Below, piece after piece: positions 7,748 through 17,091 of a stretch of DNA of 51,549 bases. The notes beneath the pieces are model-generated. The model had not been told where the DNA came from and ran no database searches. It was given only the letters and a program-made list of their open reading frames with translations. Position numbers and translations under genes: made by a program. Each line of letters opens with the position of its first letter. The stretch's first letter is position 1. The stretch is from Gemmatimonadales bacterium (GTDB taxonomy: Bacteria > Gemmatimonadota > Gemmatimonadetes > Gemmatimonadales > GWC2-71-9): assembly GCA_041615815.1 (NCBI GenBank), contig JBFJCP010000032.1, positions 1-51,549 on the forward strand, given 5' to 3'.

Positions 7748-10300
7748 TCAGGTCGCCATGGATGGAGTGAATCGTCGGAGTCGCAAGCTGTTCCCCACCA
7801 CACTCAAGCTGGACAGAGCCATCGCCGCACTGGCGAGGATCGGGCTGAGCAGGACCCCAGTGAATGGATACAATACGCCTGCCGCCAGGGGTATCCCCAA
7901 CACGTTATAGATGAAGGCAAAGAACAGATTGCCTCGAATGGTCCACAAGGTCCGGCGGGACAGCTCGATCGCCGTCACGACGGCCCCGAGATCTCCTCGG
8001 ATCAACGTGATGTCCGAGGCTTCCATGGCGACGTCGGTCCCAGTTCCAATCGCAAACCCCACGTTGGACTGCGCCAACGCCGGCGCGTCGTTGATCCCAT
8101 CGCCGATCATCCCCACGCGATGACCCTCCCGCTGAAGCCGTTTGATCTCATCGGTCTTGTCACGTGGGTCCACCTCCGCCAGGCAGCGCTCGATTCCGAC
8201 CTCGCGACCCACGAGGTTTGCGGCCGCCTTACTATCTCCACTGAGCAGATAGAGCTGGAGCCCCATGGCCTTGAGCCGCGCGAGGGCCGGCTTGGCGTCC
8301 GGCTTGATGGCATCCTCCAGCACAATCAGTCCCTGGACGGCGTCGTTCACGATCACGACCACCGGCGTGCGTCCCGCCAGCACGTGACGCTGCGCATCCG
8401 CGCCAAGCGATCCCAAATCAATACCGCGCTCATCAGCGTGGCGGATACTGATCACCTCGACCAGGAACTTTCCCACGATCCCCCGGGCGCCGCGCCCCTC
8501 CATGGCCACAAAGCGCTCAACGCGTTCCACGACGAGCTGCTTGGCCTTGGCGGCCTCCACGATGGCGCCGGCGAGGGGATGCTCGGAACGCGCCTCGACC
8601 GACGCGCCCAGACGGAGGATCTCGCTGGCGCTCACCGTACTTCCGTCGGACCGCTTGGCTCCCACGACGCGCGTGACCGTTGGCCGCCCTTCCGTGACGG
8701 TGCCGGTCTTGTCGAACACGAGGGTGTCGAGGCGGCCCACCGCTTCGAGCGCCTCGCCTCCACGAATGAGCACGCCGTGCTCGGCCCCCTTCCCGGTGCC
8801 GACCATGATGGCCGTGGGTGTTGCGAGCCCGAGTGCACAGGGACAGGCGATGACCAGCACGGTGACCATGGCCACGGTTCCGAAGACCATGGCTGGGGAC
8901 GGTCCAACTACAAACCAGACCACGAAGGCCGCGATGGCCACGGCCATGACGATGGGAACGAAGACACCGGCAACGGTGTCTGCGAGCCGTTGCACCGGCG
9001 CTTTGCTGCCCTGAGCGTCTTCCACCAACCGAACGATCTGCGCGAGGGCGGTGTCACGGCCCACCGCGGTGGCCTCGAAGATCAGCGACCCCGTGGTGTT
9101 GATCGTCCCACCCATCACCCGGCTGCCAGCCTCCTTGAGCACCGGCACGGGCTCGCCGGTCAGCATGGCCTCGTTCACACTCGACGCTCCCCCAGTGACG
9201 ACGCCATCCACCGGAATGGTTTCGCCGGGGCGGACCACCAGGCGCTGCCCCACCTGAACTTCTTCGATCGGAATGTCCCGATCTTCGCCATTGGTCTGCA
9301 CACGCGCAGTCTTGGGACGCAACCCCATCAGCCGGCGAATAGCCTGCGATGTCTGACCTTTGGCCCGGGCTTCCAGCAAGCGCCCGAGCAGAATGAGTGC
9401 GATGATCGCGTTGGCGGCCTCGTAATAGACATCCGCGGGGAGACCGGCCCGCACGAAGATCCACGGGGTCAGCGTCGCCACCGCCGAGTAGAGAAACGCC
9501 GCACCTGTTCCCACGGCGATGAGGGTGTTCATGTCAGCTGTGCGGTGCCGGATCCCGGACCACGCGCCCTGGAAAAACCGCCGGCCGCTCCACGCCAACA
9601 CCGGGATCGTGAGCACCAGCATGCTCAGCTTCACGAGCTGCGGATCGCGCGCCGCTAAGTCGTAGAGGCCTGGCACCAGACGCGAGAGGGCGCCGTTCAA
9701 CGGTGCCAAGATCCGAGCGACCAGGTCGTGCTCCTTCGTGCTCATCCCCACCATCAGCGGCATGGAGGCCACCATGGTGATGAGGGCCACGACCGCGGCA
9801 ACGACGAATCGCCAGAACAGCCCCTGGACTTCTTTGCGCTGACGGAGCCGCTCCCGCGCCACCGGATCTTCGGCCGGAACCGGTTCGGCCACCGTGAGGC
9901 CGGCACGAGCGACCGCCAGCTCGAGATCTTGTCCGGTGACCAGACCCGGGACGTACTCCACGCGTACGCGCTCGCTGGCCTGGTTGGCCGCCACGGCCAG
10001 CACCCCCGGAAGACCTCCAAGCTCGTCCTCCAACCGTCCCACGCCCGACGCGTAGTGCAGGCCTTCGATGGGAAAGGTGACAACCGCCTTCGCGCAGTCG
10101 TAACCCGCGTCTCGCACGGCTCGCACCAAGTCGGCCACCTGGGTGGCCGCGTCGTCGAACCGGACGGTCGCCTTTCCAGTGGCGTAGTTCACGGCAGCGT
10201 CGCGGACTCCTGGCGCCTGTGTCAACCGCTTTTGCACCGTCGTGGCGCAGGCCCCGCAGGTCATGCCTTCGACGGGAAGGGTGATGCGGGTCTCAGGCAT
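7748..10300 (-). CDS. copA: Cu(I)-translocating P1B-type ATPase
   Basis: [48 protein letters not shown] and MALSS P1B-1 motifs. Start re-picked at ATG 10300. Confidence 0.95.
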   Translation of the reverse strand: MPETRITLPVEGMTCGACATTVQKRLTQAPGVRDAAVNYATGKATVRFDDAATQVADLVRAVRDAGYDCAKAVVTFPIEGLHYASGVGRLEDELGGLPGVLAVAANQASERVRVEYVPGLVTGQDLELAVARAGLTVAEPVPAEDPVARERLRQRKEVQGLFWRFVVAAVVALITMVASMPLMVGMSTKEHDLVARILAPLNGALSRLVPGLYDLAARDPQLVKLSMLVLTIPVLAWSGRRFFQGAWSGIRHRTADMNTLIAVGTGAAFLYSAVATLTPWIFVRAGLPADVYYEAANAIIALILLGRLLEARAKGQTSQAIRRLMGLRPKTARVQTNGEDRDIPIEEVQVGQRLVVRPGETIPVDGVVTGGASSVNEAMLTGEPVPVLKEAGSRVMGGTINTTGSLIFEATAVGRDTALAQIVRLVEDAQGSKAPVQRLADTVAGVFVPIVMAVAIAAFVVWFVVGPSPAMVFGTVAMVTVLVIACPCALGLATPTAIMVGTGKGAEHGVLIRGGEALEAVGRLDTLVFDKTGTVTEGRPTVTRVVGAKRSDGSTVSASEILRLGASVEARSEHPLAGAIVEAAKAKQLVVERVERFVAMEGRGARGIVGKFLVEVISIRHADERGIDLGSLGADAQRHVLAGRTPVVVIVNDAVQGLIVLEDAIKPDAKPALARLKAMGLQLYLLSGDSKAAANLVGREVGIERCLAEVDPRDKTDEIKRLQREGHRVGMIGDGINDAPALAQSNVGFAIGTGTDVAMEASDITLIRGDLGAVVTAIELSRRTLWTIRGNLFFAFIYNVLGIPLAAGVLYPFTGVLLSPILASAAMALSSLSVVGNSLRLRRFTPSMAT

Positions 10301-10727
10301 GGATGGAGTGCCCCTTGCCCAGATTCGCTCGCGCCCCCTCCCCACCAATCTGGGCAACGACACGGCCGTTCATCACGCCCAAGCCACAGGAGAACGGATA
10401 ATCCCCGGGCGTTGGCGGTGTGAATTCCACCACGGTCGTTTCGAACTCCGGGAGCTGCTGGTCGATGGCAAAGTCACGGAACCGCACGCGGGCCGAACAA
10501 TCGGCGGTCTCGTCTCGATAGAATAAGAGGCGGACCGGTCGGCCCGCCTCCACGAAAATCGTCTCTGGATCGTACCCGCCCTTTACCAGAACTCGCACTT
10601 CCTGGACCGTGTCAACCGAAGCCGCAGGTCGGCGCTCCGGCGTAGACCGCGGACCCAGAAAGAACCACAGTTCCCCGGCGATGAGCGCCACGCCGAGCAC
10701 GACAACGACGACATCGACCGCCGTCAC
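10293..10727 (-). CDS. Membrane-anchored cupredoxin-domain protein (CupA-like)
   Basis: N-terminal TM helix ending [21 protein letters not shown]; overlaps the copA start. Confidence 0.85.
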   Translation of the reverse strand: MTAVDVVVVVLGVALIAGELWFFLGPRSTPERRPAASVDTVQEVRVLVKGGYDPETIFVEAGRPVRLLFYRDETADCSARVRFRDFAIDQQLPEFETTVVEFTPPTPGDYPFSCGLGVMNGRVVAQIGGEGARANLGKGHSIHA

Positions 10728-12055
10728 ACCGTCTGGTAGTCGTAGTACTCGATACCGAGGTGGGTGATCTGCTCCTCACCCATGAGCCACCGCAGCGTGT
10801 TCTTCAGCTTGGTGTGCTGGATGAACAAATCGTGCTCCGGGGTCAGCTCCGGCGCGGCCATCGGGCTCTTGAAGTAGAAGGAGAGCCATTCCTGAATGCC
10901 GCACATCTCAGCCCGCTGGGCCAGATCGAGAAACAAGGCCAGGTCATGAACCAAGGGTGCGGCGAGGATCGAGTCACGGCACAAGAAGTTGATCTTGATC
11001 TGCATTGGGTAGCCGAGCCACCCAAAGATGTCGATGTTGTCCCACCCCTCCTTGTTGTCTCCCCGTGGCGGATAGTAGTTGATGCGGACTTTGTGATATA
11101 CCTTGCCGTACAGATCGGGGTACATGCTCGGCTGAAGGATGTGCTCGAGCACACCGAGCTTCGACTCCTCCTTCGTCTTGAACGACTCGGGATCGTCCAA
11201 GACTTCGCCGTCGCGATTGCCGAGAATGTTGGTGGAATACCACCCCGAGAGTCCCAGCATTCTGGCCTTGAGCATGGGCGAGATCACCGTCTTCACCAAC
11301 GTCTGCCCGGTCTTGAAGTCCTTGCCGCACAGGGCGACTTCGCGATTCAGAGCCAGCGTCTGGAGCGCGGGCAGGTCGACCGTCAGATTGGGGGCTCCGT
11401 TGGCGAACGGTACCCCCTCCATGAGACTCGCCCATGCATAGAGCATCGATGGCGCGATCGACGGATCGTTTTCCTCCATGGCCTTCTCGAACGCCGGGAG
11501 GGATTCATGCGTGGGCCCCGACGGGATGAAGACTTCCGTGGAGGCGCACCAGATCATGACCAAACGGTCGCATCCATTGCGGTTTTTGAACTCGCGAATA
11601 TCGTCGCGCAGCTGCTCAGCGAGGTCGCGCTTGGTCTTTCCGGTCTTGACGTTGGACCCATTGAGCCGCTTGACGTAGTTCCGGTCGAAGACCGCCGGCA
11701 TCGGTTTGATGCCCTGGAGGAACTCGGCAATGGGCGCGATGGCCTCGTTCTCCAATACGCCCGCCACCTGACACGAGGTATATCCGTCGTCGGGGATGGG
11801 ATCCCACGCCCCGAACACCAAGTCGTCCAGCCCGGCCAGAGGCACGAAATCCCGAATCCGCGGGACACGGTGCTCCGTGCGTTTTCCCAGCCGAATCGTC
11901 CCCATCTCGGCCAGCGAGCCGATCGGCTTGGCTCGCCCACGCCGAATGCTCTCGACGCCCGCCACGTAGGTCGTCGCCACGGCGCCGAGGCCAACCAGCA
12001 ACACGCCCAGTTTTCCCTCGGCGGGCGCTATCGACCGCTTACTTGGGTCACTCAC
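10724..12055 (-). CDS. ino1: myo-inositol-1(3)-phosphate synthase
   Basis: GLGAVAT, WCASTE, GKDFKTGQT, NILGNRDG, GDNKE, RDSILAAP, FYFKSP. Start re-picked at GTG 12055. Confidence 0.93.
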   Translation of the reverse strand: MSDPSKRSIAPAEGKLGVLLVGLGAVATTYVAGVESIRRGRAKPIGSLAEMGTIRLGKRTEHRVPRIRDFVPLAGLDDLVFGAWDPIPDDGYTSCQVAGVLENEAIAPIAEFLQGIKPMPAVFDRNYVKRLNGSNVKTGKTKRDLAEQLRDDIREFKNRNGCDRLVMIWCASTEVFIPSGPTHESLPAFEKAMEENDPSIAPSMLYAWASLMEGVPFANGAPNLTVDLPALQTLALNREVALCGKDFKTGQTLVKTVISPMLKARMLGLSGWYSTNILGNRDGEVLDDPESFKTKEESKLGVLEHILQPSMYPDLYGKVYHKVRINYYPPRGDNKEGWDNIDIFGWLGYPMQIKINFLCRDSILAAPLVHDLALFLDLAQRAEMCGIQEWLSFYFKSPMAAPELTPEHDLFIQHTKLKNTLRWLMGEEQITHLGIEYYDYQTV

Positions 12056-12758
12056 CTGCTCGTCCTTTCCTCGATGAACTCGTAGAACCGGCAAAGATCG
12101 GTTCCGCCGGCTCGGTCCAGCGTGGCTGGGTCCGACGGCGAACGATGCCGGTCGATCTGCGAACATGCACGATGCGCTGCACCACGGTCACGACGGCAAC
12201 CGCGGCGAGCAGGCCCACCACGGCCACCAGAAGCAATCCCCGAGGCCCGGCTCCGAAAAACAACGTGGGGATCCCCAAGCCCAGCACTCGCTCGGCTCGC
12301 TGCGCAATGCCGACCGTGCACTCCAGCCCGAGCCCCTCGGCGCGCGCGCGCGCGTAGGACACGATCAATCCGGCGGCGAGGGCCACCGCCGCGGCGGCCA
12401 CGGCCGGCAGAACCCACGGCTCGCTGACCCCGCCGTTCACAAAAAAGACGATGATCCCGATGAAGAGGGCCGACTCCCCCACCCGATCGAGGGTAGAGTC
12501 GTAAAAAGCCCCGAACTTCGAGGACGACCCCGCCGTGCGCGCCACCCGGCCGTCGAGCATGTCGCAGGTCCCGCTCAGTAGCAGCAGCGCCGCGCCGACG
12601 CGCACCCACCCGAAGCCGAAGGCCACCGCGGACGCTACCAAGAGCAGCGTGCCGACGCTGGTGATCGCATTGGGAGTCACCCCAACGGCGACCAGCCGCG
12701 CCACCAGCGGTTGAAGCAGGGCTTCGAAGCCCCGCCGGACAAAGCCGGGGATCAACAT
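12048..12758 (-). CDS. CDP-alcohol phosphatidyltransferase (phosphatidylinositol-phosphate synthase-like)
   Basis: TPNAIT, DMLDGRVAR...GAFYDSTLDR signature, SYARARAEGLG...RAER. Start re-picked at ATG 12758. Confidence 0.88.
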   Translation of the reverse strand: MLIPGFVRRGFEALLQPLVARLVAVGVTPNAITSVGTLLLVASAVAFGFGWVRVGAALLLLSGTCDMLDGRVARTAGSSSKFGAFYDSTLDRVGESALFIGIIVFFVNGGVSEPWVLPAVAAAAVALAAGLIVSYARARAEGLGLECTVGIAQRAERVLGLGIPTLFFGAGPRGLLLVAVVGLLAAVAVVTVVQRIVHVRRSTGIVRRRTQPRWTEPAEPIFAGSTSSSRKGRAGE

Positions 12759-12787
12759 ACGCACTTCGCAGTGGGAATAGGCTGCTA

Positions 12788-12816
12788 AGAATAACTGCGA
12801 CTTGAGGGTACGGCAA
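12788..12816 (-). promoter_or_regulatory. Putative sigma70 promoter for the PIP synthase-ino1-cop operon
   Basis: TTGCCG-17 nt-TATTCT on the minus strand, about 30 nt upstream of ATG 12758. Confidence 0.55.
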
Positions 12817-12844
12817 TCGCGGGCCCCGGGGCCCTGGCCCCGGC

Positions 12845-14056
12845 CTATTCGGGGTAGAGCAGGTAGCGTTTTCGCCACTGCTGAAACGCTGCCAAGTCCG
12901 CCCGCCAGCCCCCGACAATGGCTTCGGCGGCGAGCCCCCGCTCGAGCCCCCGTCGCACGCCGTCCGTCCCCGCCAGACGATCGAACGTGCTGCCGAACGT
13001 GAGACTGTCTGGGTGCCAGTTCCGAATCGCCGCCAGGAGCGCCACCGCCGTGGTGGTCGGATCGTATCGCTCGCGAACCGAGACTCTGAGCCCCACGGCC
13101 CCGATCCTCGCCCCGGCGTACTTGCCGTCCGTCGGGTCCTGGGGAGTGATCGTGGTGTCGAAGAGGACAACACCCGCCTGGTCCCCCACCGCCTCGACCA
13201 CCCCGGCGCCATCCAGCCAGGGCGCCCCGATCACCTGAAACGCGATGGGCGTCCCCCGCCCGACCGACAGATTCGTGCCTTCGAACAACACCATGCCCGG
13301 ATAATGCATGGCGCTCTCCAGACTCGGCATGTTGGGAGACGGACGAACCCACGGAAGACCGGTGGCGTCGAACCAGCGGTCTCGCGACCATCCCACTACC
13401 GGAACGACCGTGAGATCAGCCCCAAGACCCAACACGTCGTTCCCCATGCGCGCGAGCTCGCCGAACGTCATGCCGTGCCGCAACGCCACCGGAAGCATGC
13501 CCACGAAGGTGGCGAACGCCGAATCCAGCACCGGTCCCTGGACGTGGGTCCCACCGATCGGGTTCGGCCGATCCAGTACCACCACGGCACGCCCATGGGC
13601 CCGCGCGGCCTTCATGGCCAGGAGCGCTGTGGAGATGTAGGTGTAGGTTCGGCTGCCGATGTCCTGGAGATCGATGACGAGGACATCGACAGACTGCAGC
13701 ATTTCTGAGCTCGGCTCACGCACCGCACCATAGAGGCTGTAGATGGCGATCCCCGTTCGACCCTCGACGGTATCACCGATGCCCTCCTGGTCCAGCATGC
13801 CGCGGAAGCCGTGCTCGGGACTAAAGATTGCAGTAACTTGCACGCCTCGAGCGAGCAGCCGATCGAGATCCGCGGTGCCGCTCCGGTCAACACCCGTTTG
13901 GTTCGTGAGGAGGCCAACGCGCCGACCTGTGACGAGCGCACTCGAATCCCGGAGCAGCACGTCGATCCCCGGAAGCACCGGAGCCGCCCCCTGGCTGGCC
14001 TGCGTGCACCCGAGGGCTCCCCACATCAGCCACCAAACCAACGCCCTATGCGCCAC
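12845..14056 (-). CDS. namZ: DUF1343 exo-beta-N-acetylmuramidase NamZ-like
   Basis: VGLLTNQTG, FSPEHG, YSLYG, DLQDIGSRTYTYIST, VLDRPNP, RHGMT, PSPNMP, EGTNLSVGRGT. Start GTG 14056 or ATG 14026. Confidence 0.9.
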   Translation of the reverse strand: MAHRALVWWLMWGALGCTQASQGAAPVLPGIDVLLRDSSALVTGRRVGLLTNQTGVDRSGTADLDRLLARGVQVTAIFSPEHGFRGMLDQEGIGDTVEGRTGIAIYSLYGAVREPSSEMLQSVDVLVIDLQDIGSRTYTYISTALLAMKAARAHGRAVVVLDRPNPIGGTHVQGPVLDSAFATFVGMLPVALRHGMTFGELARMGNDVLGLGADLTVVPVVGWSRDRWFDATGLPWVRPSPNMPSLESAMHYPGMVLFEGTNLSVGRGTPIAFQVIGAPWLDGAGVVEAVGDQAGVVLFDTTITPQDPTDGKYAGARIGAVGLRVSVRERYDPTTTAVALLAAIRNWHPDSLTFGSTFDRLAGTDGVRRGLERGLAAEAIVGGWRADLAAFQQWRKRYLLYPE

Positions 14057-15862
14057 GGCCTGATCGCCTCCTTCGTTGTCATCGCGTCGTCCGCGTGTTC
14101 CTCGTCGCCGCCGACGATCCAGCCACCACCCGAGGCGGCATCGCCCACTACACCGGCACCACCACCGCCGGTCCCGGATCCATACGCACCGATTCCGCCG
14201 ATGCTCGTCCCCCAACGGAGTCCCAAGATAACGGTCGACTCTCTCCTCCATACGCTGAGCGTGGAGGAGAAGGTGGGCCAGGTCATCATGCCCTGGCTGC
14301 TTGGAAACTATGCGTCCTACGAAAGCGATGAGTACGACACGCTACGGACGTGGATCGATCAGCTGCACCTCGGCGGCATCATCATTTCGGTGGGATCGCC
14401 GCTCGACGTTGCGACCAAGCTCAACGCACTCCAAGAACACTCCCGACTCCCGCTGCTCATTGCCGCCGACCTCGAGTGGGGAGCCGCCATGCGGCTTCGC
14501 GGGGCCACGGCCTTCCCGATTGCCATGGCGTTCGGGGCAACCGATCGCGAGCTGGACGCCTATCAGCTCGGCCGAGTCACCGCACTGGAAGCCCGGGCGG
14601 TGGGAATTCACTGGACATTTTCCCCGGTTGCGGATCTGAACAACAATCCCAAGAACCCCATCATCAATACGCGCTCCTTTGGGGAGGACCCCGGGCGCGC
14701 GGCGGCGCTCGTGGCCGCCTACATTCGCGGCGCCGAGGAACATGGGCTCTTCACGACGGCCAAGCACTTTCCCGGTCACGGCGACACCGGCAGCGATTCG
14801 CATTCGGAGCTACCGGTGGTCGCGGCGTGTTGGGACCGGCTCGACACCCTGGAGCTCGTCCCGTTTCGCGCCGCCATCGACGCAGGGGTCACGGCCGTGA
14901 TGACGGCGCATCTCGCGCTCACGTGCCTGGATGGGGCTGGCTCGGTGCCGGCCACACTCGCACCAGCGGTGGTGTCCGGGGTTCTCCGCGACTCGCTCGG
15001 CTTTGCCGGAATCGTCGTCACCGACGCCCTGTCCATGGGGGCGATCGTGAATGGGTACGGTGCCGGCGAGAGCGCCGTCCGAGCGTTTCTCGCCGGGAAC
15101 GATCTGCTGCTGGTACCCGCCGACGTGCGGCTGGCCCATCGAGCGATGGTCGAGGCCGTCGCGAGTGGTCGGGTGTCCATGGCGCGACTCGACCAATCGG
15201 TGAGGCGCGTGTTGACGCTCAAACAGCGCGTTGGGCTCTATCGCCAGCGCACGGTCCCGTTGGACAGCGTACCGGCCATCGTCGGGCAGCGTGCCTTCGA
15301 GGAACTCGCGAACGACGTGGCCGCCCGAGCACTCACCCTCGTGCAGCGGGGTCCCGTGAATGCGTTCCGATCTACACGGGGCCGCACCGCGGTGATCACC
15401 TATGCGGAGGAATCGAACCTCAGCATCGGTAACACGCTCATCCGTGAGCTTCGCAACTGGGGCGATACCGTGGGTACCTTCCGCTTGTATCCGGCGTCCG
15501 GCCCAATGTCCTACGACTCCGCGCGGGTCGTCATCTCGGGCTATCCCCGCGTTGTGTTTGCGGTGAGCGTGCGTTTCATTGCAGGCCGGGGACACGTGGA
15601 TCTTCCGGAAGCCCTGGCGGGTCTGATTCTGTCCACCGATCGCCGCCGTCCCACGATGTTGGCGTCGCTCGGCAGTCCGTACTTGATGGCTCAGATCCCG
15701 GGCTTTGCTGGCGGGTATCTCTTGGCGTGGAGTGACGTGCCGGCCACCGAACTTGCGGTTGCTCGAGCCCTCGCGTCGCGAGCACCCATTACCGGCCGGC
15801 TTCCCATCACCCTGTCCAGCAGCTTTCCGCACGGTCACGGCATCCGCATCGGCGCTCCATGA
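14048..15862 (+). CDS. nagZ: GH3 beta-N-acetylglucosaminidase, lipoprotein
   Basis: KHFPGHGDTGSDSH NagZ signature, ADLEWG, RSFGED, VTDALSM; signal peptide with lipobox-like SSAC. Start re-picked at ATG 14048. Confidence 0.9.
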   Translation: MRHGLIASFVVIASSACSSSPPTIQPPPEAASPTTPAPPPPVPDPYAPIPPMLVPQRSPKITVDSLLHTLSVEEKVGQVIMPWLLGNYASYESDEYDTLRTWIDQLHLGGIIISVGSPLDVATKLNALQEHSRLPLLIAADLEWGAAMRLRGATAFPIAMAFGATDRELDAYQLGRVTALEARAVGIHWTFSPVADLNNNPKNPIINTRSFGEDPGRAAALVAAYIRGAEEHGLFTTAKHFPGHGDTGSDSHSELPVVAACWDRLDTLELVPFRAAIDAGVTAVMTAHLALTCLDGAGSVPATLAPAVVSGVLRDSLGFAGIVVTDALSMGAIVNGYGAGESAVRAFLAGNDLLLVPADVRLAHRAMVEAVASGRVSMARLDQSVRRVLTLKQRVGLYRQRTVPLDSVPAIVGQRAFEELANDVAARALTLVQRGPVNAFRSTRGRTAVITYAEESNLSIGNTLIRELRNWGDTVGTFRLYPASGPMSYDSARVVISGYPRVVFAVSVRFIAGRGHVDLPEALAGLILSTDRRRPTMLASLGSPYLMAQIPGFAGGYLLAWSDVPATELAVARALASRAPITGRLPITLSSSFPHGHGIRIGAP

Positions 15863-17028
15863 GGATCAGCATCACCTTGCTGCTCGGCGCACTGTGTGCC
15901 ACCTCAGGCACATCAGCAGCCCAGGAATCGATGGCCCGGCGATCGCTGGATGGCGGGCGTCTCGCCTGGACCCGCGATTATCTGAGCGCGCAAGCTGCCC
16001 GCGGAGCCTTTCCCGGCGCCGTGCTGCTCGTGGGCTGGGGGGATGCCGAATTCCTCGCCGCCGTGGGCCATTACGGTCGAGACGATCTCCGACCCGTCAC
16101 CGACAGCACCATCTACGACCTCGCCAGCCTGACCAAGGTCGTGGGGCTGACCACCGCAGTCATGCTCCTTGTGGCGGATGGGGTGTTAGACCTCGACGCC
16201 AGCGTCGCGGCGTATGTTCCCGCGTTCCTTGGCGAGGGCAAGGACCAGGTGCGGGTGCGCCACTTGCTCACCCACACGTCCGGACTGGCGCCGTGGGAGC
16301 CGTTCTATCGAGAGACCCACAGCCGGCAAGAAGCGCTGGATCGGGTGCTCGCAGCTCCGCTCCAGACTCTTCCCGGCGCACGGTACGCCTACTCCGATCT
16401 CGGAGCCATCGTCCTGACGCAGATCGTGGAAACCGTGGCCGGAGAGTCCCTGGAACACCTGCTCGCCCGCCGCGTGTTCGAGCCTCTCGGCATGACCGAT
16501 ACGCGGTTTCGACCACCGGCAAGCTGGCGGCCGCGCATCGCGCCCACCGAAGACGACCCGTGGCGCGGTCGGGTGCTTCGGGGCGAGGTCCACGACGAGA
16601 ACGCGGCCAGACTGGGGGGAGTGTCCGGGCACGCCGGGATCTTCTCGACCGCGCCGGACCTGTCGCGGTTCGCCAGGTGGCTGCTGGATGTCTATCACGA
16701 CCGGTTGTCCGAGGACGCTCCGATCCACCTGTCTGCCGACCTCGTACGGCAATTCACCAGCAAGCAGCCTGGCCCCGAGGGATCCACTCGTGCGCTCGGA
16801 TGGGACACACCCACGCCGGGCGGCGGCGGATCCGCCGGGCACCTCCTCTCCCCCACGAGCTTCGGCCACACGGGGTTTACCGGCACCAGCATCTGGATCG
16901 ACCCGGACCGAGAGCTGTTCATCATTCTGTTGACGAATCGGGTTCATCCATCGCGCGAGAATACCGCGATACGGCGGGTTCGCAGCACGGTGGCCGATTC
17001 GGTCGTGAAAGCGGTGGACGGAGGGTAG
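15859..17028 (+). CDS. Serine hydrolase of the beta-lactamase family (AmiE-like)
   Basis: DLASLTK (SxxK), LLTHTSGL, YSD, GEVHDENA, GHAG, FGHTGFTG; signal peptide; ATGA overlap with nagZ. Confidence 0.88.
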   Translation: MRISITLLLGALCATSGTSAAQESMARRSLDGGRLAWTRDYLSAQAARGAFPGAVLLVGWGDAEFLAAVGHYGRDDLRPVTDSTIYDLASLTKVVGLTTAVMLLVADGVLDLDASVAAYVPAFLGEGKDQVRVRHLLTHTSGLAPWEPFYRETHSRQEALDRVLAAPLQTLPGARYAYSDLGAIVLTQIVETVAGESLEHLLARRVFEPLGMTDTRFRPPASWRPRIAPTEDDPWRGRVLRGEVHDENAARLGGVSGHAGIFSTAPDLSRFARWLLDVYHDRLSEDAPIHLSADLVRQFTSKQPGPEGSTRALGWDTPTPGGGGSAGHLLSPTSFGHTGFTGTSIWIDPDRELFIILLTNRVHPSRENTAIRRVRSTVADSVVKAVDGG

Positions 17029-17091
17029 GAGCGCGGGGCGGCACAGACACGGCAGCAACGGCAACGGCGATCGTAACCCGAGGACCATTGC

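Noticed and set aside
15859..17028. Antibiotic-resistance beta-lactamase
   Set aside because: GEVHDENA/GHAG motifs and the namZ-nagZ context point to an AmiE-like peptidoglycan recycling hydrolase.
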